Source of the DNA: an uncultured Gammaproteobacteria bacterium
GTDB taxonomy: Bacteria > Pseudomonadota > Gammaproteobacteria > Steroidobacterales > Steroidobacteraceae
Assembly (NCBI GenBank): GCA_963843035.1
Contig: CAWJIS010000002.1
Span: forward strand, 249,243-313,242
Reading direction: 5' to 3'
Length of the DNA: 64,000 nt
Under the pieces are notes generated by a model that was not told the origin of the DNA, ran no database searches, and saw only the letters and a list, made by a program, of their open reading frames with translations. Below are positions 56,517 to 64,000 of this stretch, in pieces (position 1 is the stretch's first letter; every line of letters begins with the position of its first letter). A program made the translations under genes and the position numbers.

Positions 56517-58234
56517 GCGCCGGCTGCTTCCTGCCGGGCGGCGAAGCCGATGCGCCGATGCGCCGCGAGATGCAGTGGCGTCCAGGCGTGCGGCGTGCGG
56601 TAGACGAAGCGGTGGCGCGCGATGTGATAGCTCGGGTCGAAGCCGTAGAAGTTGAGCCGCATGTGCTCGAGCTCCTCGGCCCGATAGGCCGACAGGGCAC
56701 GGCGGCTCTCGTCGCGGGCGCGCCCGGCACGCTTCTCCTCGAGGAGGGGCGCGAAACGCGCCGGCGCCGCGAGCTCTGCGGCGCGGGCTTCAACCAGCGC
56801 ACGAAACTCCTCGCCGTCCGGGCCGGCGTGCTCATCGATCAATCCGAGCGCCTGGGCTTCGTGCACTCCGAGCGGCAGGCGGCGCGCCATGAGGGCGCTC
56901 GCCTGCTCGGCGCCGACGCGTCGCGGCAGCAGGTACGTCCAGTACTCCGAGCCGTAGAGGTTGCCCATGTTGCGGTAGTGGGGATTCAGCACGATGCCGC
57001 TGCGTGCCAGGACCCGGTCGGCGGCGAGGGCGAGAAACACCCCGCCCGCGGCGGCATTGCCCTGCATCGCGGCCACGGTGAGATGCGTCCCAGTGGTGAG
57101 AATGTCGTGCGCCAGGTCGTCGATGGCGTTGATGTTCGCCCACGACTCGTCGGCAGCGCTCGAGGCGGCCTCGATACAGTGCAGGTGCATGCCGTTGCAC
57201 CAGAAGTCCGCTCCCCCCATCAGCACGATGACGCGGGTAGGGCGTGCGCGGGCTTCCCCGTAAGCCGCCCGCAGCCGCTCGCACTGCACGGTGCTGAGCG
57301 CGCCGTTGTAGAAGGCGAAGTGCAGATAGCCGACCGCGCCGCGTTCCTCGTAGCGGATCTCGAGATCGTGCGCGCCGCCACCGTCCTCCGTGACGGGCGT
57401 GCCTTCGGGCAGCGTGGCCGCATCGGACCCAAGCGCAAGCGCGGCGGGGCGCTTCAGGCCGTGCTGCGAGCCCTCGAGGGGCTTGAGCTGTCCGATCCAC
57501 ACCGCTCCATCGCGCGTCGCGCGGCAGATGGCTTCGTGATGTCGGGCGATGAGGGTGCCCGGCCGGCCCGCGAGACGCAGCTCCGGATGGGCATCGAACA
57601 GGCGGAAGCGCCGCTCGAGCAGCAGATCCTCGACTCCGGGAGCGCCGTCGGCGCTGCGGATCTTGCGCAGCACGACCGCTGTGGTGTCCCGGGCCCAGTC
57701 GATCGAGCGCTGCGCTTGAGACACCGGGGGCTGCCAGCCCTGCGCATCGCTGCGGTTGCCCATCGCGACAGGCCCCGCCCCCTTGGTGAGGCGCTCGAGC
57801 GCCGCGCGCACCGCGACGACCGCGCTCTCGGTCACTTCGTTTCGATACAGACTGCTCTTGGTGGCGAGGCGCATGGGGAAAGGCACACTCGCCCACACCG
57901 GCCCTGCGTCCCAGTCCGCGGCGGCCTCGAGCACCGTGACACCCCAGGTGGGCACGGCCTTGAGGATCGCCCAGTCGAGTGCCGCCGGCCCGCGGTCTCC
58001 CTGCGGGCCCGGATGCACGATGAGGCACGGTAGCCGCTGCCACACCGACTGCGGGATGGCGCGCTTCAGGAACGGCGCGAGAATCACTTCCGGCCGGAAC
58101 AGCTCGATCGTCTCGAGGGTCACGCGGTCGTGAATGTCGAGCTCGACCGAGAGCTCGTGGCCGTCGCGGATGAGCTCGACGTAGAGCCGCTGCGAGAGGC
58201 TGTTGAAGGCCTGCGTGAGCAGCAGTATGCGCAT
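56513..58234 (-). CDS. hypX: HypX/HoxX hydrogenase maturation factor (formyltransferase-like N-domain plus crotonase-like C-domain)
   Basis: Part of ORF 56513..59179; ATG 58234 shares one base with the hypD stop. MRILLLTQAFNSLSQRLYVEL...CLIVHPGPQGDRGPAALDWAI is Fmt-like. The C-terminal half (VIVLMGGADFWCNGMHL...AAMQGNAAAGGVFLALAADRV) is enoyl-CoA-hydratase-like. Stop overlaps the hypF start (ATGA). Confidence 0.85.
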   Translation of the reverse strand: MRILLLTQAFNSLSQRLYVELIRDGHELSVELDIHDRVTLETIELFRPEVILAPFLKRAIPQSVWQRLPCLIVHPGPQGDRGPAALDWAILKAVPTWGVTVLEAAADWDAGPVWASVPFPMRLATKSSLYRNEVTESAVVAVRAALERLTKGAGPVAMGNRSDAQGWQPPVSQAQRSIDWARDTTAVVLRKIRSADGAPGVEDLLLERRFRLFDAHPELRLAGRPGTLIARHHEAICRATRDGAVWIGQLKPLEGSQHGLKRPAALALGSDAATLPEGTPVTEDGGGAHDLEIRYEERGAVGYLHFAFYNGALSTVQCERLRAAYGEARARPTRVIVLMGGADFWCNGMHLHCIEAASSAADESWANINAIDDLAHDILTTGTHLTVAAMQGNAAAGGVFLALAADRVLARSGIVLNPHYRNMGNLYGSEYWTYLLPRRVGAEQASALMARRLPLGVHEAQALGLIDEHAGPDGEEFRALVEARAAELAAPARFAPLLEEKRAGRARDESRRALSAYRAEELEHMRLNFYGFDPSYHIARHRFVYRTPHAWTPLHLAAHRRIGFAARQEAAGA

Positions 58235-59367
58235 CAGCCCGCGGCCCGCACGGCGCCGCGGCGATACTTGTAGTAGGCGGCGCACGCGCCTTCCGCCGAT
58301 ACCATGCACGAGCCGATCGGATTGTGCGGCGTGCAGACGGTCGCAAAGATGGCGCAGTCGGTGGGCTTCTTGACGCCGCGGATGATCGCCGGGCACTGAC
58401 AGGCCTTGTTTTCCGCGACCGGCGGCGCCTTCAAGTCGAAGCGCCGCTCCGCGTCGAGATGCGCGTATGCGGCCTTCAGCCGCAGCCCGCTGTAGGGGAG
58501 CTCGCCTAAGCCCCGCCACTCGAAGCTCGGCCGCAGCTCGAAGACCTCCGCGACCAGGCGCTGCGCCTTGCGGTTGCCCGCGCGCGTGACTCCACGGGTG
58601 AATTCGTTCTCTACGTGTGCCTCGCCGGCGTTGAGCTGCCGCACCAGCATGCGGATCGCCTCGAGGACATCGAGCGGCTCGAAGCCGGCGATCACCACCG
58701 GCCGCTGGTACTCCTCGGCGAAGAACTCGTATGGCCGGCTGCCGATCACGGCGCTCACGTGCGAGGGACCGATGAAGCCATCGACGCGCACTCGTCCCCA
58801 TTCGCGCACTTCGGGCGAGTCGAGGATGCTCTGGATCGCCGCGGGCGTCAGCACGTGATTGCAGTAGACGCTGAAATTCCTGAGTCCGCGGCGTTCGGCC
58901 TCGAGCACGATGTGCGCGGTCGCCGGGGTCGTGGTCTCGAAGCCGACCGCGAAGAAAACTACCTCGCGCCCGCTCTCGCTGGCGGCGATGTCGAGCGCAT
59001 CGTGGGCGGAGTACACCATGCGAACGTCGGCCCCCTGGGCGCGGGCCTTGAGCAGGCTCCGCCGGCGCGAGGCCGGCACGCGCAGCATGTCGCCGTAGCT
59101 GACGAGCGTCACACCCGGCTGCTGTGCGAGCTCGATGGCGGCATCCAGCCGCGGTATCGCCAGCACGCAGACCGGACACCCCGGTCCATGAACGAGGTGG
59201 ATGTTGGCCGGCAGCAGGTCCTCGACCCCGTAGCGGAAGATCGCGTGCGTGTGACCGCCGCAGAACTCCATCAGGTGATAGTCGCGCTCGCGGTCGACTT
59301 CCGCGGCGAGCTGCCGCGCGAGGGCGGCAGCGGCGGTGCCCTCACGGAAGGCGCGGATGTACCGCAT
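58234..59367 (-). CDS. hypD: [NiFe]-hydrogenase maturation protein HypD
   Basis: ORF 58234..59496; start at ATG 59367 (MRYIRAFREG...). MEFCGGHTH, GPGCPVCV and the C-terminal Cys-rich region. Confidence 0.95.
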   Translation of the reverse strand: MRYIRAFREGTAAAALARQLAAEVDRERDYHLMEFCGGHTHAIFRYGVEDLLPANIHLVHGPGCPVCVLAIPRLDAAIELAQQPGVTLVSYGDMLRVPASRRRSLLKARAQGADVRMVYSAHDALDIAASESGREVVFFAVGFETTTPATAHIVLEAERRGLRNFSVYCNHVLTPAAIQSILDSPEVREWGRVRVDGFIGPSHVSAVIGSRPYEFFAEEYQRPVVIAGFEPLDVLEAIRMLVRQLNAGEAHVENEFTRGVTRAGNRKAQRLVAEVFELRPSFEWRGLGELPYSGLRLKAAYAHLDAERRFDLKAPPVAENKACQCPAIIRGVKKPTDCAIFATVCTPHNPIGSCMVSAEGACAAYYKYRRGAVRAAG

Positions 59368-59599
59368 CGGCGCTCTCCCCGAGTCGGGCGGCGAGCTCCT
59401 CGAACAACGCCAGGGTCTTCTCCGCCTCCGCGACGTCGAGGCGGGCAATGGCGAAGCCGGCGTGCACGATGACGTAGTCGCCGACCGCGACCTCATCGAT
59501 CAGCGAGGCCGATACCCGCGTGCGAACCCCGCCAACCTCGGTCTCGATCCACGACTCATCGAGACGCGCTGTCACCAGTACCGGAATAGCGAGGCACAT
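59342..59599 (-). CDS. hypC: HypC/HupF-family chaperone
   Basis: ATG 59599 within ORF 59342..59845 gives the invariant MCLAIP N-terminus. 85 aa; overlaps the hypD start by 26 nt. Confidence 0.9.
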   Translation of the reverse strand: MCLAIPVLVTARLDESWIETEVGGVRTRVSASLIDEVAVGDYVIVHAGFAIARLDVAEAEKTLALFEELAARLGESADAVHPRLP

Positions 59600-59603
59600 G
59601 AGC

Positions 59604-60392
59604 TCACACCCCCGCGGTGAGGCCGCCCTGCAGCGGACGCAGCGGAGCGATGGCGCGCGGCGCGGACAGCTGCTCCTCGAGCCATGCGAGCCAGGTGTCG
59701 AGCGAGGGCGCGCGGCGGGCGGCCGTGCGGATGACCGGGGTGCCGCGGCCGAGCGCGCGCAGCGCGGCCTCGGCGCGCGCCGGATCGAAATCCTCCAGCA
59801 CTCCGAGCAGATCCGCCTTGCTGAGGACGACGAGGTCGGCCGCACGGAACATCACCGGATACTTCGCCGGCTTGTCATCGCCCTCAGTCGCGCACAGCAA
59901 CACCACGTTGCGGTGCTGGCCGAGGTCGAAGCTGGCCGGACACACGAGGTTGCCGACGTTCTCGATGAACAACAGATCGAGCCCCGCGAGCGGCAGATCG
60001 TGCAGCGCCCGATGCACCAGATGCGCATCGAGGTGACAGGCGGTTCCCGTCGTGATCTGCACCGCGGGCACACCCTGCGCGCGGATGCGGGCCGCGTCGT
60101 TATCGGTCTCGAGGTCGCCCTCGATGACCGCGATGCGGTAGCGGTCGCGCAGGGCGCGGATGGTGGCTTCGAGCAAGGTCGTCTTGCCCGCGCCCGGCGA
60201 GGACATCAGGTTGATCGCGAGCACGCCGTGCTCGTCGAAGTGCGCGCGATTGTGCAGCGCGACCCGATCATTGGCCGCGAGCAGATCCTTAAGGACCTCG
60301 ACGGTTGTATTGGCACCCGGCGGTGCACTGTGCTCGTGGGCCGCGAGGTGCGCATTACCGGCCGTGACGGTGCAACCACAGGTCTGGCACAT
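59604..60392 (-). CDS. hypB: Nickel-inserting GTPase HypB
   Basis: N-terminal MCQTCGC high-affinity metal site, P-loop SSPGAGKTTLL, ENVGNLVCP. No His-rich tract. Confidence 0.95.
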   Translation of the reverse strand: MCQTCGCTVTAGNAHLAAHEHSAPPGANTTVEVLKDLLAANDRVALHNRAHFDEHGVLAINLMSSPGAGKTTLLEATIRALRDRYRIAVIEGDLETDNDAARIRAQGVPAVQITTGTACHLDAHLVHRALHDLPLAGLDLLFIENVGNLVCPASFDLGQHRNVVLLCATEGDDKPAKYPVMFRAADLVVLSKADLLGVLEDFDPARAEAALRALGRGTPVIRTAARRAPSLDTWLAWLEEQLSAPRAIAPLRPLQGGLTAGV

Positions 60393-60414
60393 CGGTCTCT
60401 CTCCGCTTCAGGAC

Positions 60415-60786
60415 TCAGTGAACCGGGACAGGGTGCTCTTCCGGCACGTCGAGCTCAACACCCCGCAGCCGCAGCTCGTCGCCCTCGAGCACGCGTGTGT
60501 GGTAGCCCCCGCAGCTCGCGCACAGCAGGCGGTTGGGCTGCGCGCGCGAGCTCGCGCCACACTCGCTGCAGCGCACCATGATCTCAGGCACCGTAATCGA
60601 GAGCTCAGCTTGGGCGGCGCAGGTCCCCACGCGCGCGATCTCGAAGGCTCGCGCAAGCAGCTCGGGCTCGACGCCGGAGAGCGGTCCGATCTCGAGCGTG
60701 ATGCGCCCAACCGCACGTGCCTCGCGGCTGGCGGCGATCTTCGCCACCTCATCGATCAGAGCCTGGCATATCGACAGCTCGTGCAC
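60415..60786 (-). CDS. hypA: Nickel insertion protein HypA
   Basis: MHELSICQ N-terminus (Ni site) and Zn site CSECG...CASCGG. 123 aa. Confidence 0.95.
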   Translation of the reverse strand: MHELSICQALIDEVAKIAASREARAVGRITLEIGPLSGVEPELLARAFEIARVGTCAAQAELSITVPEIMVRCSECGASSRAQPNRLLCASCGGYHTRVLEGDELRLRGVELDVPEEHPVPVH

Positions 60787-60932
60787 CCTGACCCCCCGGA
60801 GACACGCTGGATTTGGTCTCAGACAAAGACCATGCTACGCGCTGGTGCCGGCGCTCGGGTAGTGGAATGCACGTATTGTCGTCCGCGCGCGCGCGTTTCG
60901 ATAATCGGCCACTTTTGCCAGGGGGGATGCAG

Positions 60933-62066
60933 ATGGCGCACACGAGACTGATGCGGGAGCTGGAGCGTCAGGGCGTATCGCGACGCGATTTCCTCACCTT
61001 CTGCGCGAGCATGGCGGCCGTGCTGGGGCTGCCGAAGGGAGCGGCGGGCGCGATCGCCAAGGCGGTGGAGAGCGAGAAGCGCCCGATCCTCGTCTGGCTC
61101 GAATTCCAGGACTGCGCCGGTAATACCGAATCGTTCCTGCGCGCCAGCCACCCGACGGTGGCGGACCTGGTCCTCGATACCATCTCGCTGAACTATCACG
61201 AGACGCTGATGGCGGCCGCCGGCGCTCAGGCCGAGGGTGTCCTCGGCGAGACCGTGAAGCAGAACAAGGGCAGCTACATCGCCCTCGTCGAGGGCTCGAT
61301 CCCCGGCGACCGGGACAGCGGCTTCTGCACCATCGGTGGCAAGGCGGCGCTCGACATCGCGCGCGAGGTGTGCGGCAACGCGATGGCGACCATCGCCGTC
61401 GGCACCTGTGCGACTTTCGGCGGCATTCCGGCGGCGCGTCCCAATCCGACCCACGCACTCTCGGTGGCCGATGCCGTCCCGGGACTTAAGAATCTCATCC
61501 ACATGTCGGCGTGCCCGGCCAACGCCGAGAACATCACCGCGCTCCTCGTCTATTACCTCACGATGAAGCAGTGGCCGCCGCTCGATCGCTACCGCCGGCC
61601 GCTGTTCGCCTACGGCAAGTCGATCCACGACGGCTGCGAGCGGCGCGGGCACTTCGATGCCGGGCAGTACGTGGAGGCCTGGGGCGATGAGGCCCACCGT
61701 CACGGTCATTGCCTCTACAAGATGGGGTGCAAGGGCCCCGCGACCTCGCAGAACTGTCCGAACGTGGGCTGGAACGAGCACACCAACTGGCCGATCGGCT
61801 GCGGCCATCCCTGCATCGGCTGCGCCGAGCCGAACTTCTGGGACACCATGACGCCGTTCTATCAGCGGCTGCCGGACGTGGCCGGCTTCAATACCGACCG
61901 CTGGCTCGACACCGTCGGTGTGGGAGCGACCGGGGTCGTTGCTGCCGGCGTGGTCGCCCACGGGATCGGCGAGGTGATGCGCAATCGCCAGCGCGGCCGG
62001 CTGGTGGTCGAGAAGCCGGCAGCGCCCGCTAAGGCCGCCGGCGAGCAACCGGGAGCCAAGAAATGA
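60933..62066 (+). CDS. Membrane-bound uptake [NiFe]-hydrogenase small subunit (Tat-exported, group 1-like)
   Basis: ORF 60813..62066; ATG 60933 lies 6 nt after a G6 run (ATG 60927 also possible). Tat motif SRRDFL, GTCATFGG, SACPANA, distal/medial ligands HDGCERRGHF, HCLYKMGCKGP, GHPCIGCAEPNFWD, and a C-terminal TM anchor. The proximal motif reads DCAGNTES. Confidence 0.9.
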   Translation: MAHTRLMRELERQGVSRRDFLTFCASMAAVLGLPKGAAGAIAKAVESEKRPILVWLEFQDCAGNTESFLRASHPTVADLVLDTISLNYHETLMAAAGAQAEGVLGETVKQNKGSYIALVEGSIPGDRDSGFCTIGGKAALDIAREVCGNAMATIAVGTCATFGGIPAARPNPTHALSVADAVPGLKNLIHMSACPANAENITALLVYYLTMKQWPPLDRYRRPLFAYGKSIHDGCERRGHFDAGQYVEAWGDEAHRHGHCLYKMGCKGPATSQNCPNVGWNEHTNWPIGCGHPCIGCAEPNFWDTMTPFYQRLPDVAGFNTDRWLDTVGVGATGVVAAGVVAHGIGEVMRNRQRGRLVVEKPAAPAKAAGEQPGAKK

Positions 62067-63772
62067 CTCATGTCGTCGTTGATCCGGTGACGCGGATCGA
62101 GGGGCACCTGCGCATCGAAGCGGAGGTGGATGGCGGCGCGGTCAAGGAAGCCTGGTCGTCCTGCACCATGTTCCGCGGCATCGAGCTGATCCTTGAGGGA
62201 CGCGATCCGCGCGACGCCTGGGCTTTCGCACAGCGCATCTGCGGCGTGTGCACCACCGTGCACGCCATCGCTTCGATCCGCGCGGTCGAGCACGCCATCG
62301 GTGCCAGCCCGCCGCCGAACGCGCGGATCCTGCGCAATCTGATCATCGCCGCGCAGAACGTGCAGGACCATGTCGTTCATTTCTATCATCTGCAGGCGCT
62401 CGACTGGGTCGATATCGTGAGCGCGCTCAGCGCCGATCCCGCCAAGACCTCGAGCCTGGCGCAGTCGATCTCCGACTGGCCGCTCTCCAGCGCCAAGTAT
62501 TTCGCTGGCGTGCGCGACCGCGTGAAGGCCTTCGTCGAGCGCGGCCAGCTCGGCATCTTCGCCAACGCCTACTGGGGTCATTCCGCCTACCGGCTGCCGC
62601 CGGAGGCGAACCTCATGGCCGTGGCGCATTACCTCGAGGCGCTCGACTGGCAGCGGCGCTTCATCAAGATCCACGCCATCCTCGGCGGCAAGAATCCGCA
62701 TCTGCAGAGCTTCCTGGTCGGGGGCATGGCGACCCCGGTCGACCCGGATGCGCAGGCCTCGCTCAACTTCGGCACGATCGGCGCCCTGCGCAAGCTGGTC
62801 GCGGAGGGAGTGGACTTCGTGACGCGCGTCTACATTCCCGACGTGCTCGCCATCGCTTCCTTCTACAAGGACTGGTTCGCGATCGGCGCGGGAGTCACGA
62901 ACTTCCTGAGCTACGGCGACTTTCCCATGGACGACAACGCTCAGCCGGAGCTCTACATCCCCTCGGGCGTCATCCACGGCGCGGATCTCGCGCATATCGA
63001 GCCCGTGGACCAGGCGAAGATCGACGAGTACGTCACTCATTCCTGGTACGACTATTCCGTCGGCGATGACAAAGGCCTCAATCCCTACAAGGGCGAGACG
63101 CAGCCTCATTACACGGGGCCAAAGCCCCCGTATGAGCGCCTCAACACCGTTGAGAAGTACTCGTGGCTCAAGTCGCCGCGCTATGAGGACGCGCCGATGC
63201 AGGTGGGACCTCTCTCGCGCATGCTGATGGCGTACGCAACCGGGCGTCCGGCCCGCGCCAAGGAGCTGATCGACAAGGCACTCACCGCACTCGGCGCGCC
63301 GCCCACGGCGCTCGTCTCCACGCTCGGGCGCATCGCCGCCCGCGCCATCGAGGCACAGGTGCTGGTCGAATCGATGGGCATGTGGGTCGATGCGCTGGCC
63401 GACGGCATGGCCCGGCGCGACTACCGCATCCAGGACACTTCCAAATGGGATCCGAGCACCTGGCCCGCGGACTGCTTCGGTGCCGGCTTCCACGAGGCGC
63501 CGCGGGGCTCGCTCGGCCATTGGGTGCACATCAAGGACGGAAAGATCGCCAAGTACCAGTGCGTCGTGCCGAGCACCTGGAACGCGGGTCCCCGCGATGC
63601 CAAGGGTCAGGCGGGCCCCTATGAGGCCGCGCTGGTCGGGACACCGGTGGCGAAACCCGAGCAGCCGCTCGAGATCCTGCGTACGGTGCATTCCTTCGAT
63701 CCCTGTATGGCCTGCGGCGTACACGTGGTCGATGCCACGCGGCGCGAGCTGGCGCGCGTGAGGGTGTCGTGA
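62063..63772 (+). CDS. [NiFe]-hydrogenase large subunit (group 1-like)
   Basis: 569 aa. VVDPVTRIEGH, L1 QRICGVCTTVH, L2 SFDPCMACGVH followed by a 15-aa tail (VVDATRRELARVRVS) of the type removed by the maturation endopeptidase. Confidence 0.95.
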   Translation: MTHVVVDPVTRIEGHLRIEAEVDGGAVKEAWSSCTMFRGIELILEGRDPRDAWAFAQRICGVCTTVHAIASIRAVEHAIGASPPPNARILRNLIIAAQNVQDHVVHFYHLQALDWVDIVSALSADPAKTSSLAQSISDWPLSSAKYFAGVRDRVKAFVERGQLGIFANAYWGHSAYRLPPEANLMAVAHYLEALDWQRRFIKIHAILGGKNPHLQSFLVGGMATPVDPDAQASLNFGTIGALRKLVAEGVDFVTRVYIPDVLAIASFYKDWFAIGAGVTNFLSYGDFPMDDNAQPELYIPSGVIHGADLAHIEPVDQAKIDEYVTHSWYDYSVGDDKGLNPYKGETQPHYTGPKPPYERLNTVEKYSWLKSPRYEDAPMQVGPLSRMLMAYATGRPARAKELIDKALTALGAPPTALVSTLGRIAARAIEAQVLVESMGMWVDALADGMARRDYRIQDTSKWDPSTWPADCFGAGFHEAPRGSLGHWVHIKDGKIAKYQCVVPSTWNAGPRDAKGQAGPYEAALVGTPVAKPEQPLEILRTVHSFDPCMACGVHVVDATRRELARVRVS

Positions 63773-64000
63773 GCGCGGTGCCGGCGGGAGCCGGACCGCG
63801 CGTCGGCCTCGAACGGGTCTACATCTGGGAGCTGCCGGTGCGGCTCGCGCACTGGCTGCTGTTCTTCTCGATCCTCATTCTCGCCGCCACCGGCTATTAC
63901 ATCGGCCACCCCTTCATCAGCGCGCCGGGCCCGGCGAGCGCGCATTTCATCATGGGCTCGATGCGCAGCGTGCACCTGTACGCATCGGTGGTGTTCACAC
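63769..64000 (+). CDS. Ni/Fe-hydrogenase b-type cytochrome subunit (HyaC/HoxZ/HupC family); 3' end lies outside the window
   Basis: GTG 63769 overlaps the large-subunit stop (GTGA). Own translation: VSAVPAGAGPRVGLERVYIWELPVRLAHWLLFFSILILAATGYYIGHPFISAP...FIMGSMRSVHLY. This matches the family N-terminus (VY-x-x-E-x-P-VR-x-x-HW). Not in the ORF track because it runs off the end. Confidence 0.8.
   Translation, partial: MSAVPAGAGPRVGLERVYIWELPVRLAHWLLFFSILILAATGYYIGHPFISAPGPASAHFIMGSMRSVHLYASVVFT

Noticed and set aside
58235-59179. Upstream 315 codons of ORF 56513..59179, suggesting an 888-aa HypX.
   Set aside because: The region overlaps hypD in another frame and is Arg-rich nonsense. The HypX-type N-terminus MRILLLTQAF begins at ATG 58234.
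60787-60932. Sigma-54 (-24/-12) promoter upstream of the hydrogenase small-subunit gene, as in some uptake-hydrogenase operons. Candidates were GGCCACTTTTGCC and TGGAATGCACGTATTGT.
   Set aside because: The GG-to-GC spacing is 10 nt rather than 12 in the first candidate, and the second lacks the TTGC element. Neither fits TGGCAC-N5-TTGC. Only a weak TGGTCT-N7-AGACCA inverted repeat remains, which I do not consider callable.
1-64000. Searched by eye for CRISPR-like spaced repeats, tRNA/rRNA genes, transposases, integrases, phage genes, toxin-antitoxin pairs and known defence-system signatures.
   Set aside because: Nothing found. Intergenic regions are short, there are no low-GC islands longer than about 80 bp, and all large ORFs have metabolic, transport or redox assignments. 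The RHH protein at 13703..13906 has no adjacent toxin partner. A computational scan (tRNAscan-SE, Infernal, CRISPR finders, DefenseFinder/PADLOC) would be needed to exclude small or degenerate elements.

Overview
Very GC-rich bacterial chromosomal segment. Third codon positions are almost all G/C, so every real gene carries long Arg/Ala/Pro-rich shadow ORFs on the other frames. Gene content looks proteobacterial (possibly Beta/Gamma); this is a low-confidence guess from content only. I support about 59 protein-coding genes. I saw no rRNA, tRNA, CRISPR array, transposase or integrase. Left to right: a 5'-truncated VIT1-family gene, a tandem Usp gene, a cytochrome bd oxidase operon (small ORF-cydA-cydB-cydX) followed by an ABC-2 exporter pair, a CBS protein, an alpha-glucan phosphorylase, an orphan receiver domain, a Cys/Met PLP enzyme, a HiPIP, a CGNR regulator divergent from an EamA transporter, and a DUF4136 lipoprotein. 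Next is a six-gene group-4-hydrogenase-like (Hyf/Ech-like) membrane complex, 13981..21154. Then comes a secreted hydrolase / amino-acid catabolism region: AP-superfamily enzyme, 943-aa M14 peptidase, and an operon of ALDH, CoA-transferase A/B, class-III aminotransferase, APC permease and S58 DmpA-like aminopeptidase, followed by a TolB-propeller/PHP fusion and a DMGDH-like FAD/GcvT enzyme. Small stress/redox genes follow (YidH, DUF302, MBL, DsbA-like, OsmC, MFS). Then there is a same-strand block of mtrC-mtrA-mtrB (outer-membrane porin-cytochrome conduit), an RquA-like gene, a MenA-like prenyltransferase and a DCC/lipase-maturation-factor fusion. After a dihaem cytochrome c and a SnoaL-like gene comes hypA-B-C-D-X-F-E, divergent from a Tat-exported membrane-bound [NiFe] hydrogenase (small and large subunits, cytochrome b cut by the window end). 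Most interesting points: (1) the large subunit of the group-4-like complex has lost all four [NiFe] cysteine ligands, making it Ehr-type, while a normal hydrogenase and full Hyp machinery sit in the same window. (2) A rhodoquinone-type gene (rquA-like), translationally coupled to a MenA-like prenyltransferase, lies directly downstream of mtrCAB. (3) The MtrC-like decahaem lipoprotein has a collagen-like G-X-Y tether. (4) The uptake-hydrogenase small subunit has C-x-G-N where the canonical proximal-cluster motif is C-x-G-C. All functional calls come from motif recognition by eye; no database search was possible.
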